A DNA stretch of 64,000 nt from Candidatus Spongiihabitans sp. (GTDB lineage Bacteria; Pseudomonadota; Gammaproteobacteria; Arenicellales; Poriferihabitantaceae), in the NCBI GenBank assembly GCA_965206355.1, contig OZ242212.1, positions 1,009,540 through 1,073,539 on the forward strand. The letters run 5' to 3'. Below are positions 30,379 to 39,779 of this stretch, piece after piece. The notes below the pieces were generated by a model that made no database searches, was not told the DNA's origin, and saw only the letters and a list, made by a program, of their open reading frames with translations. How positions within the stretch are numbered: the stretch's first letter is position 1; each line of letters starts with the position of its first letter. Both the position numbers and the translations under genes were made by a program.

Positions 30379-32406
30379 ATGTTCAAAAAAATTCTCATAG
30401 CAAATCGTGCTGAAATCGCCTGTCGTGTGATTCGTTCTGCACGGGCGATGGGTATTGCTACGGTGGCGGTTTATTCAGATGCTGATCGCAATGCCCGCCA
30501 TGTCGTTGAAGCTGATGAGGCGGTGTATATTGGTGATGCGGTGGCGGCGAAAAGTTATTTGGATGGCAATAAAATCATTGACGCTTGCCGACAAACTGCT
30601 GCCGATGCGTTGCATCCGGGATATGGTTTTCTGTCCGAGAATGCTGAATTTGCTGAGGCACTGACAGCGGCTGGGGTGGTATTTATTGGTCCACCAGCCG
30701 CTGCGATTCGGGCCATGGGGGATAAAATTACTTCTAAGTTGCTTGCCGATAAAGCCGGGGTCAATACTATTCCCGGATATACCGAGGTGGTGCTTAACGC
30801 CGAAACTGCGGCACAAATTGCTGGAAAGATGGGTTATCCGGTTATGCTTAAAGCCAGTGCTGGAGGCGGTGGTAAGGGTATGCGTGTTGCCTATGATGAT
30901 CAGGAATGCTTGCAAGGCTTTGAGCGTGCAACCAGCGAGGCTGAATCCAGTTTTGCCGATGGGCGGATTTTCATTGAAAAATATGTCGAACAGGCGCGCC
31001 ATATTGAGATACAGGTTATTGCGGATGCTCATGGTAATGTCGTTGCGCTTAACGAGCGCGAATGCTCGATTCAGCGGCGGCATCAGAAGGTGATTGAAGA
31101 AGCGCCATCTGCTTTTATTGACGCACCAACCCGCAAGGTGATGAGTGAACAGGCCGTTGCGCTGGCTAAAGCTGTCGATTATCAGTCGGCAGGAACGGTT
31201 GAGTTTATTGTTGATGCTAACCGTGATTTTTATTTTCTGGAAATGAACACCCGTCTTCAGGTTGAGCATCCGGTAACGGAATTGATAACCGGATTGGACT
31301 TGGTTGAATTGATGATTCGAGCTGCTTGTGGGGAGGTGCTGCCGATTAAACAACAAGACGTCGGGATCAATGGCTGGTCAATGGAATCACGCATCTATGC
31401 CGAGAACCCGGTACGGGATTTTCTGCCTTCCATTGGACGGTTGTTGAAATATCAGCCACCCACCGAAAGTAAATATCTGCGTGTTGATAGCGGTGTTGAA
31501 GAAGGTTCCGAAATCTCGATGTTTTATGATCCGATGATTGCCAAGTTAATCAGTTGGGGGGAAAGTCGTGAGCAGGCGATTACCAATATGCAAGTCGGCT
31601 TGGATCAATACTATATTCGTGGTGTCGAAACCAACCTGTCGTTTATTTCATCCATTATGGCGCATCCACGATTTCGCTCTGGTGAGCTGACCATCAATTT
31701 TATAGACGAGGAATATGCCGATGGTTTTTCAGCGGTTGCGCCTGATCAACAAAAGTTGGTCGATTTGATATGCGTTATGACATCATTGCATTACCGTTTG
31801 ACCAATCGTGCCGCAACCATTTCCAGTCACATGTTTGGTTATAACCGAAACGTGGAAAGTAATTGGGTGGTTATCATTGGGCAAAATAGTCATCCAGCCC
31901 GTGTTGAGTATGCCGGACAAAATGAAACGAATGCACAAGACGGAGCGGGGAATATAAACTTTAGCCGTATAAATTTTGATGGACGATCTTATTGTGTAGA
32001 AGATGACTGGCAGCCGGTTCAACCCATTTATTCAGGTCGGGTCAACGGACAACATATTTGTCTGCAAATCGAAAAGAGCGGTTATGGGTATGATGTAACT
32101 CAGTCTGGAAATTTGCAAACCATCCATGTTTTTACCCAACGGATTGCCGAGTTAAATAAAATGATGCCATTGAAACAACACGCTGATCAATCGCGTTTTC
32201 TGCTGTCGCCTATGCCGGGTTTGTTGGCATCGCTGGCGGTTAACTCGGGGCAGGTTGTTAAGGTCGGGCAGGAGCTTGCAGTCATAGAGGCGATGAAGAT
32301 GGAAAATTCCCTGTGTGCAGATCATGATGGTGTTGTTGCAAAAGTGTTAGTTGAAGCGGGGGCGACTGTGGAAGTGGATCAGGCTATTCTTGAATTTGAG
32401 CAGTAA
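30379..32406 (+). CDS. pccA: Propionyl-CoA carboxylase alpha subunit (biotin carboxylase + BCCP)
   Basis: KILIANR, HPGYGFLSEN, FLEMNTRLQVEHP and EAMKM biotin motif. Confidence 0.94.
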   Translation: MFKKILIANRAEIACRVIRSARAMGIATVAVYSDADRNARHVVEADEAVYIGDAVAAKSYLDGNKIIDACRQTAADALHPGYGFLSENAEFAEALTAAGVVFIGPPAAAIRAMGDKITSKLLADKAGVNTIPGYTEVVLNAETAAQIAGKMGYPVMLKASAGGGGKGMRVAYDDQECLQGFERATSEAESSFADGRIFIEKYVEQARHIEIQVIADAHGNVVALNERECSIQRRHQKVIEEAPSAFIDAPTRKVMSEQAVALAKAVDYQSAGTVEFIVDANRDFYFLEMNTRLQVEHPVTELITGLDLVELMIRAACGEVLPIKQQDVGINGWSMESRIYAENPVRDFLPSIGRLLKYQPPTESKYLRVDSGVEEGSEISMFYDPMIAKLISWGESREQAITNMQVGLDQYYIRGVETNLSFISSIMAHPRFRSGELTINFIDEEYADGFSAVAPDQQKLVDLICVMTSLHYRLTNRAATISSHMFGYNRNVESNWVVIIGQNSHPARVEYAGQNETNAQDGAGNINFSRINFDGRSYCVEDDWQPVQPIYSGRVNGQHICLQIEKSGYGYDVTQSGNLQTIHVFTQRIAELNKMMPLKQHADQSRFLLSPMPGLLASLAVNSGQVVKVGQELAVIEAMKMENSLCADHDGVVAKVLVEAGATVEVDQAILEFEQ

Positions 32407-33396
32407 TTGAGTCGTGATGTGCGGCAAGTGATAAACATTGAAGACTTGTGTTGCGCTGATCGCCGTACTCTGGCGCGCGGGATTACTCTGTTGGAATCAA
32501 CCCGAGAAGATCATCGGCAACAGGCGGAGGCGTTGATTCAAGCGGTAATGCCTTATAGTGGGAACTCGATTAGAATTGGCTTAACGGGTGTGCCGGGGGT
32601 GGGTAAATCAACCCTGATAGAAACACTGGGCAATTATGTGATTAGCCGAGGACATAAAATTGCAGTGCTTGCAGTCGATCCAAGCTCAACATTAAGCGGT
32701 GGTTCGATACTCGGTGACAAAACTCGTATGCCAACGCTGGCTAATAATGAAAACGCATTTATTCGACCGACTCCCGCGGGAGCGCGCACGGGTGGTGTTG
32801 CACGAAGAACCAGAGAGAGCATTGTGTTATGCGAGGCGGCTGGGTTTGATGTCATTATTGTTGAAACTGTTGGGGTCGGGCAGTCGGAGACACAGGTCAG
32901 CGACATGACCGACATATTCGTATTGATGTTGCTACCCGGTGGTGGTGATGAACTGCAAGGCATTAAGCGCGGTATTATGGAATTGGCAGATATGATTATT
33001 GTCAACAAGGCAGATAGTGAATTGCAATCGAAAGCAACTCGCGCAGTGGCAGATATTCAGCAAGCACTCAGGTTGATTAAAGCACGCCATTCAGGTTGGC
33101 AGGTGCCGGTTATCACCAGCTCGGCATTGGAGAACAAAAACATTGAAACAATCTGGAACGCAATTAGTGATTTCCGCGCGCTATTGGTTGGTGATGACAG
33201 ATTCATGCTACATCGCCAACATCAGGCAAAAAATGGACTATGGGCGGAAACCCACGATCTTCTGCTATCCGCACTCAAAAACAACCAAGAGGTTAGTCAG
33301 TTATTATCCGGTCTTCAAACAAGCGTTGCCAACGGAGAAACCCTTCCGACCATCGCCGCTAGAAGATTGGTTGCGAAGTTTTTGAGTGGGCAGTGA
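32407..33396 (+). CDS. meaB: Methylmalonyl-CoA mutase-associated GTPase
   Basis: GVPGVGKST, GGSILGDKTRM, ETVGVGQSE and GDELQGIKRG. Confidence 0.94.
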   Translation: MSRDVRQVINIEDLCCADRRTLARGITLLESTREDHRQQAEALIQAVMPYSGNSIRIGLTGVPGVGKSTLIETLGNYVISRGHKIAVLAVDPSSTLSGGSILGDKTRMPTLANNENAFIRPTPAGARTGGVARRTRESIVLCEAAGFDVIIVETVGVGQSETQVSDMTDIFVLMLLPGGGDELQGIKRGIMELADMIIVNKADSELQSKATRAVADIQQALRLIKARHSGWQVPVITSSALENKNIETIWNAISDFRALLVGDDRFMLHRQHQAKNGLWAETHDLLLSALKNNQEVSQLLSGLQTSVANGETLPTIAARRLVAKFLSGQ

Positions 33397-33523
33397 TATT
33401 GTATAAACAAAATATTTTATTTTCCACAATGTTTCGCAGAGATTTTAATATGGAACATTGTCCTATGATACACTTTGTTTTGGGGTGCAACTCAGATTTA
33501 TAACGATGAAAGGAAATTTAGAA

Positions 33524-34357
33524 ATGGAGACAATTGAAACAAAAATATTACTTGGAGACAGTAAAGAAGTCTTAAAACAAGAATTAAAAGATAATTCTAT
33601 TGGTTTAATTGTAACCTCACCGCCCTATGCAGACAGAAGAAAACAAACTTACGGTGGTGTGAAACCTGAGGAATATTTAGATTGGTTTTTACCAATAAGT
33701 GCGGAATTGTTGCGCGTCTTAAAACCAACTGGGACTTTTATTTTAAATATAAAAGAAAAAGCAGAAAAAGGAGAGCGACATACTTATGTTATCGAATTAA
33801 TTTTAGCTTTAAGAAAACAAGGGTGGCTTTGGACAGAAGAATTTATATGGCATAAACGCAATTCATATCCCGGAAAATGGCCTAACAGATTTAGAGATAG
33901 TTGGGAACGTTTGCTACAATTCAATAAAGAAAAAAATTTTGATATGTATCAAAACGCGGTAAAAATTCCTGTTGGAGATTGGACTAAAAATAGACTAAAT
34001 AATTTGAGTAATACAGATAAAAAAAGAGATAATGCAAAAAACGGAAGCGGATTTGGAAAAAATGTATCGAATTGGATAGGTAGAGAAACTGTCTATCCGA
34101 CAAATGTTTTACATCTTGCAACAGAGTGTAATAATAAACAGCATAGTGCCACATTTCCGAGTTCTTTGCCCGAGTGGTTTATAAAATTATTTACAAAAGA
34201 AAATGACTGGGTTTTAGACCCTTTTGTAGGCTCTGGAACGACACTTGAAGTTGCGAGCAAAATGCAAAGAAATTCAATTGGAATCGATATTGTTCCTGAA
34301 TATATCGAAATTATAAAATCAAAAGTTCAAGAAAAAGAATATATGCTTTTTGAGTAA
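33524..34357 (+). CDS. Beta-class DNA methyltransferase (N4-cytosine / N6-adenine)
   Basis: VTSPPY (motif IV) precedes VLDPFVGSGTT (motif I). Also H.ATFP. AT-rich. Confidence 0.92.
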   Translation: METIETKILLGDSKEVLKQELKDNSIGLIVTSPPYADRRKQTYGGVKPEEYLDWFLPISAELLRVLKPTGTFILNIKEKAEKGERHTYVIELILALRKQGWLWTEEFIWHKRNSYPGKWPNRFRDSWERLLQFNKEKNFDMYQNAVKIPVGDWTKNRLNNLSNTDKKRDNAKNGSGFGKNVSNWIGRETVYPTNVLHLATECNNKQHSATFPSSLPEWFIKLFTKENDWVLDPFVGSGTTLEVASKMQRNSIGIDIVPEYIEIIKSKVQEKEYMLFE

Positions 34358-34392
34358 AAAATTGAATGCAACACATTGAGCGATAAAAATTA

Positions 34393-35307
34393 ATGGAATA
34401 CACAGAAGAAGGATTGATAAAATATATTTGCGAAAAAGTGGATGGCATTGGTGTAAAAACCGCCGATAGAATTGCTGGCTTTATGGAAGATGTTTTGAGC
34501 TTTTATGAGAATGCAAATAAATTATCAAGTTTCGTGACGGCAAAAGGCACAAGAGTTGTAAAAGACAAGCACATAACGGAAATAAAAGAAAAAACAAATG
34601 AATATATTTTAAATCCAAAAGAGAATATCCATAATATCTGGATTGCTGTTTTAATAAGAGACTTTGTTAAAAATAGTATGAGTGAACTTAAAAACACAAC
34701 ATTAGAAAAGTTATTGATAAACCCGTTTCTTGTCAAATCTTTCGGTTTTGATGACCACAGAGAAGTTGTTTCTTTTTATTTTTATCAAAAAATAACGCGC
34801 TCTGTTGTAACTTCTTGGGGGTTTACTGTTGAAGGTTTATTATTGTGTAGTGGTGCAGAAAAAACAGATTTGTCAGGTTTTGATATGAAAGTTGAAAGAG
34901 GCAATAAAGTATTTCAATTACAAATAAAATCAAGTCCGAACACGATGAGTATAGAACAAGTAAGGCAATTAAATACTCATATGGATAATATCAAAGATAA
35001 AATTAAAAATAGACCTGTTTTAGGAATGACATACGGTACTCGAGAACAAATTAGTGGTCAAATTCAGTCCACTTTAACTGATTATTCGAAATCGACAAAG
35101 GTAGGTAAAGAACTATGGGATTTTGTTGCAAATGAAAAAGGATATTGTGTCAAGATGCTCGATTTAATTGATGAAATTACAAAAAGTTCACGGTTTATAT
35201 TTTCAAAAGAACTTGAAGAAAAAAAGAATCTTTTAATAAAAGATTGGGAAAATAAATTTGGAACAGGGAAAGAAAGTATAGACTTAGTGTTAAGTAAATA
35301 TATTTAA
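34393..35307 (+). CDS. Putative type II restriction endonuclease with N-terminal HhH-like motif
   Basis: Adjacent to the MTase and AT-rich. GFD...QIKS PD-(D/E)xK-like motif. VDGIGVKTA HhH motif. Confidence 0.65.
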   Translation: MEYTEEGLIKYICEKVDGIGVKTADRIAGFMEDVLSFYENANKLSSFVTAKGTRVVKDKHITEIKEKTNEYILNPKENIHNIWIAVLIRDFVKNSMSELKNTTLEKLLINPFLVKSFGFDDHREVVSFYFYQKITRSVVTSWGFTVEGLLLCSGAEKTDLSGFDMKVERGNKVFQLQIKSSPNTMSIEQVRQLNTHMDNIKDKIKNRPVLGMTYGTREQISGQIQSTLTDYSKSTKVGKELWDFVANEKGYCVKMLDLIDEITKSSRFIFSKELEEKKNLLIKDWENKFGTGKESIDLVLSKYI

Positions 35308-35355
35308 TATGTTGCATATAACCCCATGTTTCCGTGTTGACCCGACAAGACACTC

Positions 35356-35760
35356 ATGATCAGCAAATTAAACCATATTGCAATTGTCGTGCCTGACCTT
35401 GATGCTGCCAGTGCGTTGTATCGGCAACAGTTTGGAGCACAGGTTTCGGAGAAGGTGGATTTGCCTGCACATGGAGTGACTAGCGTTTTTGTTGATTTGT
35501 CAAACACGAAAATTGAATTGCTGCACCCGCTGGGGACTGACTCGCCGATAAGTCGCTTCCTTGATAATAATCCAGATGGTGGGATGCATCACCTGTGTTA
35601 TGAAGTTACCAATATAGAGGAGGCGGTGCAAAAGTTACAGGAACAAGGGATGCGAATTTTAGGGAATGGAAAGCCGACAATTGGCGCTCATAATAGACCG
35701 GTGATTTTCCTTCATCCTAAAGATGTTATGGGGACGTTAATCGAACTTGAACAGACATAG
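35356..35760 (+). CDS. mce: Methylmalonyl-CoA epimerase
   Basis: LNHIAIVV, KIELLHP, GGMHHLC, FLHPKD and LIELEQ. Confidence 0.95.
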   Translation: MISKLNHIAIVVPDLDAASALYRQQFGAQVSEKVDLPAHGVTSVFVDLSNTKIELLHPLGTDSPISRFLDNNPDGGMHHLCYEVTNIEEAVQKLQEQGMRILGNGKPTIGAHNRPVIFLHPKDVMGTLIELEQT

Positions 35761-35809
35761 CATGTCGCTATTAAAGGTCGTTATAGTCTGGGTCGTTTGA
35801 TTTTGGGGG

Positions 35810-36544
35810 GTGTGGGTGACAGATAAAGATCAACTGTTTGCACGGGCACTGCCTTATGTTGTTGATTTTAAGTTTGATGAACCAGTGTCTCAAGTTTTCT
35901 CTGATATGATTCGCCGTTCGGTACCCGGTTATGAAAGCATTATTGAACTGACCGCGGTAATCGCAGAAAAACATGCCCAGCCTGCTACCCACATTTATGA
36001 TTTAGGATGCTCGCATGGAGCGTCAATGTTGTCCATGTATTCCAGAATAAATCGACAATCTATACGGTTTATTGGTGTTGATAATTCTGCGGCAATGTTG
36101 GAGAAATGCCGACAGAATTTGCAACCAATTATTCCCCGTCATCAATTCCAATTGATTGAGGGAAAAGTGGAAGATATAGCGATTGACAATGCCTGTGTTG
36201 TGGCGATGAATTTTACCTTGCAATTCATTGAGCCGACAATACGCGACCAACTGGTTGCGCGTATCTACCAAGGGCTACTTCCTGACGGGGTATTTATCGT
36301 TTCCGAAAAAACTACTTTTAGCGACCGCGAGGAATCTGTATTGCAACAACAACTGCATGAGCAATTCAAGATGTCCAACGGTTACAGCGAATTGGAAATT
36401 AGTCAAAAACGTGCTGCGCTGGAGAATGTGATGGTGCTTGATGACCGGGAACAACAGCTGAAGCGTATTAGGCAAGCTGGATTCAACCACGCCGTGCAGT
36501 GGTTTCAAAGTTTTAATTTCGCTTCCTTTATCGGTATTAAATAG
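35810..36544 (+). CDS. cmoA: Carboxy-SAM synthase
   Basis: FDE.V..VF.DMIRRSVPGY, YDLGCS.G, NFTLQF and NGYSELEISQKR. Confidence 0.95.
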   Translation: MWVTDKDQLFARALPYVVDFKFDEPVSQVFSDMIRRSVPGYESIIELTAVIAEKHAQPATHIYDLGCSHGASMLSMYSRINRQSIRFIGVDNSAAMLEKCRQNLQPIIPRHQFQLIEGKVEDIAIDNACVVAMNFTLQFIEPTIRDQLVARIYQGLLPDGVFIVSEKTTFSDREESVLQQQLHEQFKMSNGYSELEISQKRAALENVMVLDDREQQLKRIRQAGFNHAVQWFQSFNFASFIGIK

Positions 36545-36550
36545 GAAAAT

Positions 36551-37540
36551 ATGTTGCAAGAAATACTAAGTGTACAATTACGCAACTCGCCTCTTGAGGC
36601 CGTTACTGATGCATTAATCAAGGCAACCATATCGGCGGTTAAACAGCGTCGCCACGGTGATCATGATAAATGGCTGGATATTATTGATGCGCTACCTGAA
36701 GCCCATCCATCGGTTGTTGAACTCGATCAGGCTATTGTTAAAATTGGTCGGTGCGAAGATATGGATGCGAATGCGCTACTGCGACTCAAACAGTTATTGC
36801 TGGCACTTCATCCCTGGCGTAAAGGACCGTTTAATATGTTTGGTGTCTTCATTGACAGTGAATGGCAATCGAATGTCAAGTGGAGTCGGCTGGAACAGGC
36901 AATCTGTCCACTGCAAGATCGGCTGGTGTTGGATGTCGGTTGTGGCAATGGCTATTATATGTTGCGAATGCTCGGCGCGGGAGCGAAATATGTACTCGGT
37001 GTTGAACCCTCTCAATTATTTATCGCACAATATCATGCCCTGAGAAAATACTTGCCCGAAGTAGCAGGCACAATGTTACCGTTGCGTTGTCAAGAAATTC
37101 CATTTGACGCGCTCGCAGAACAGGGCATCACTTTTGATACGGTGTTTTCTATGGGGATTTTGTCGCACCGTAAACAACCGCGGGCGCATTTAGCAGAATT
37201 GGCACGCTGTTTGAAAGCGGGGGGAGAGTTGGTTATGGAAACCCTGATTATCAGTGGTGGTGTAGAGGATGTGCTGGTGCCGAAAAGCCGTTATGCGAAA
37301 ATGCCTAATGTCTGGCATATTCCTTCGGCATTAAAATTACAGGCGATGTTACACGTAGCAGGGTTTGAGAAAATAACGACTATTGACCTCAGCGCAACCA
37401 ACACAGACGAGCAACGGCAAACCAAATGGATGACTTTTGAATCATTGTCCGATTTTCTCGATTCAGATAATCAATCGAAAACCATTGAAGGCTATCCAGC
37501 ACCACAACGAGGCATTTTTATTTGCAAACGACCTGAATAG
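36551..37540 (+). CDS. cmoB: tRNA U34 carboxymethyltransferase
   Basis: PWRKGPF, ID.EW.S..KW, DVGCGNGY and TIEGYPAP. Confidence 0.95.
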   Translation: MLQEILSVQLRNSPLEAVTDALIKATISAVKQRRHGDHDKWLDIIDALPEAHPSVVELDQAIVKIGRCEDMDANALLRLKQLLLALHPWRKGPFNMFGVFIDSEWQSNVKWSRLEQAICPLQDRLVLDVGCGNGYYMLRMLGAGAKYVLGVEPSQLFIAQYHALRKYLPEVAGTMLPLRCQEIPFDALAEQGITFDTVFSMGILSHRKQPRAHLAELARCLKAGGELVMETLIISGGVEDVLVPKSRYAKMPNVWHIPSALKLQAMLHVAGFEKITTIDLSATNTDEQRQTKWMTFESLSDFLDSDNQSKTIEGYPAPQRGIFICKRPE

Positions 37541-37589
37541 CGATGTATTTTGTCGTATCTCTGGATTATAGCCCTTGAACTGGCTTCAA

Positions 37590-38278
37590 CCACAGATGAG
37601 ATTGGCGGTACCGATTTGAAAGAATACCCGTCCGTACCAAATGTTGCCGTTTCAATGGTCGTGTCATATCGAATCGGAGACCGGCGAATTGCTACATCGG
37701 GAATTTTTCGATACCAGCGGCATCCCGCCTATGCGAGGATTTATTGAATCGTTGTTACAGACAGCTGGTAAAAATAGTCCGATATTCGTTTACAGTGCCT
37801 TTGAGAAAAGTCGTTGATTGATTGTTGATTTATTGCCATTAACAAAACGGTATTATTGAGACCTTTGCACGAAAGCCATTTCATCTGCATGCTGCGTTAA
37901 AATCGTACTCAATCGGTCATTTATAAGCATAAACTCCCTCATTCCGTGCGTTTTTGCCTTGCCTACAAGCGAAATCATCTTCCGTGCAAAGGTCTCTTAT
38001 TATCATTCCGATATGTGTGGATCATGGTCGCTTAAAGCAGTCCTTCCGAGCATTGTCCCTCATTTTGATTATAGTGATCTTGGCGAAATTCAGGATGGCG
38101 GTGCGGCAGAAACCGCTTATCAGGGGTGCATTTATTCCGACACCGTCCACAGCGCAAGCAGTCGCTGACTGCTGACTTACTTGAGTATTGCAAACGTGAT
38201 ACTGAAGCGTTGGTTGTGCTGACGAGATTTCTGTCCACTGCTAAACAAAATAAAGTGCAGGGTTGGAAAACGGAGTGA
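37590..38278 (+). pseudogene. DUF2779-domain protein remnant interrupted by a MITE
   Basis: TRPYQMLPFQWSCH, VYSAFEKS, DLLP, GSWSLKAVLP, IQDGGAA and LLEYCKRDT, with stops and frameshifts. Confidence 0.8.
37858..37996 (+). mobile_element. MITE copy 5 (139 bp), TSD TTATT
   Basis: TIRs present. ttatt at 37853-37857 and 37997-38001. Confidence 0.95.
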
Positions 38279-38282
38279 AAAA

Positions 38283-38465
38283 ATGCGTAAAGCCACTGAT
38301 ACCACGTTCCGTTATTTAGCATTATTGCAAATGCTGCCAGTTGAACCAAATAGCTTGAGTACGGAGGCAATACGCCAAGAGTTGCTTAAACAAGACATTG
38401 AATTTGATGTTGATATTTGCACGATACAACGTGATCTGGAGAAACTATCCGGACCGTTCTCATAG
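38283..38465 (+). pseudogene. N-terminal wHTH fragment of a WYL-domain regulator
   Basis: DTTFRYLALLQMLP...TIQRDLEKLS then a stop. The WYL domain is missing. Confidence 0.7.
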
Positions 38466-38683
38466 CCTACAAAGAATAAGGTGTCAACCCAAAGCTCAAA
38501 TGTCCTCTTTTCTCTTACTGCTGATTACCTTAATTTTCGCACCTTCTGCTATCTGCTCCTGATTTTCCATGAGTGTCATTAGATTGTCCTCCTTGATTGT
38601 CCTTGTGGGTGTTTCCGATTTTCTGCTGTGTTTTATAATGGGAATTGAGGTTACAATCGGATTTTTAATTTTTGAATTTCATC

Positions 38684-39760
38684 GTGTCTGGTAACAGTTT
38701 CGGAAAATTATTTACACTAACGACTTTTGGTGAAAGTCATGGTGCTGCTCTGGGTGGTATTGTTGATGGTTGCCCGCCGGGATTGGCGTTGTCTGAAGCA
38801 TATCTACAGGTTGATCTGGATCGCAGAAAACCGGGTAAATCAAAATATACCAGCCAGCGCAAAGAAGCTGATCAAGTGGAGATTCTTTCCGGGGTTTTCG
38901 ACGGCAAAACGACTGGCACACCGATTGGCTTGCTTATCCGCAATCAGGATCAACGGTCCCGTGATTACGATAAAATCAAGGATAGATTTCGCCCCGGTCA
39001 TGCGGATTTTACCTATACCAAAAAATATGGATTTCGCGACTATCGTGGCGGTGGCCGTTCTTCGGCACGCGAGACCACGATGCGAGTCGCGGCAGGCGGG
39101 ATTGCAAGAAAGTATTTGCATAGCCACTATGGTGTGGAGATTCGTGGTTGTGTTTATCAAATTGGTGATATAAAAATTGATCTTAAAGACTGGAATGAGG
39201 TCAATCAAAACCCGTTTTTCGTCGCCGACAAAGCGGCTGTGGACAAACTGGAGAAGTTAATCACGCAAGTCAGGAAAGCCGGAGATTCTATTGGTGCAGG
39301 CATATTGGTTGAGGCATCAGGATTACCGGTTGGCTGGGGAGAGCCGGTATTTGATCGACTAGATGCCGATATTGCCAAGGCGATGATGAGCATCAATGCC
39401 GCCAAGGGCGTTGAAATTGGGGCTGGATTTGATGCCATCACTCAGCGCGGATCAGAACATCGAGATGAAATAAGCCCAGATGGGTTTAAGTCCAATAATG
39501 CTGGTGGCGTACTTGGTGGCATTTCCAGCGGACAGGATATCCGCGTCAAGGTCGCTTTTAAACCGACATCAAGTATTCAGGTTGTTGCTGATACGGTCAA
39601 TATCGACAATGAAGTGGTTGATGTGGTGACTACCGGGCGGCACGATCCCTGTGTCGGTATTCGTGCTGTACCGATTGCTGAAGCCATGCTAGCATTGCTG
39701 TTGATTGACCACGCTTTGCGGGATCGCGCCCAAAATCCGCACACGATCGCAGCCAGATAG
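38684..39760 (+). CDS. aroC: Chorismate synthase
   Basis: [22 protein letters not shown] and GRHDPCVG. Confidence 0.97.
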   Translation: MSGNSFGKLFTLTTFGESHGAALGGIVDGCPPGLALSEAYLQVDLDRRKPGKSKYTSQRKEADQVEILSGVFDGKTTGTPIGLLIRNQDQRSRDYDKIKDRFRPGHADFTYTKKYGFRDYRGGGRSSARETTMRVAAGGIARKYLHSHYGVEIRGCVYQIGDIKIDLKDWNEVNQNPFFVADKAAVDKLEKLITQVRKAGDSIGAGILVEASGLPVGWGEPVFDRLDADIAKAMMSINAAKGVEIGAGFDAITQRGSEHRDEISPDGFKSNNAGGVLGGISSGQDIRVKVAFKPTSSIQVVADTVNIDNEVVDVVTTGRHDPCVGIRAVPIAEAMLALLLIDHALRDRAQNPHTIAAR

Positions 39761-39779
39761 TAAACCGACCCGCCCGTGA

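Noticed and set aside
30475-31356. 293-aa antisense ORF inside pccA
   Set aside because: Shadow frame of a conserved gene with no recognisable motifs.
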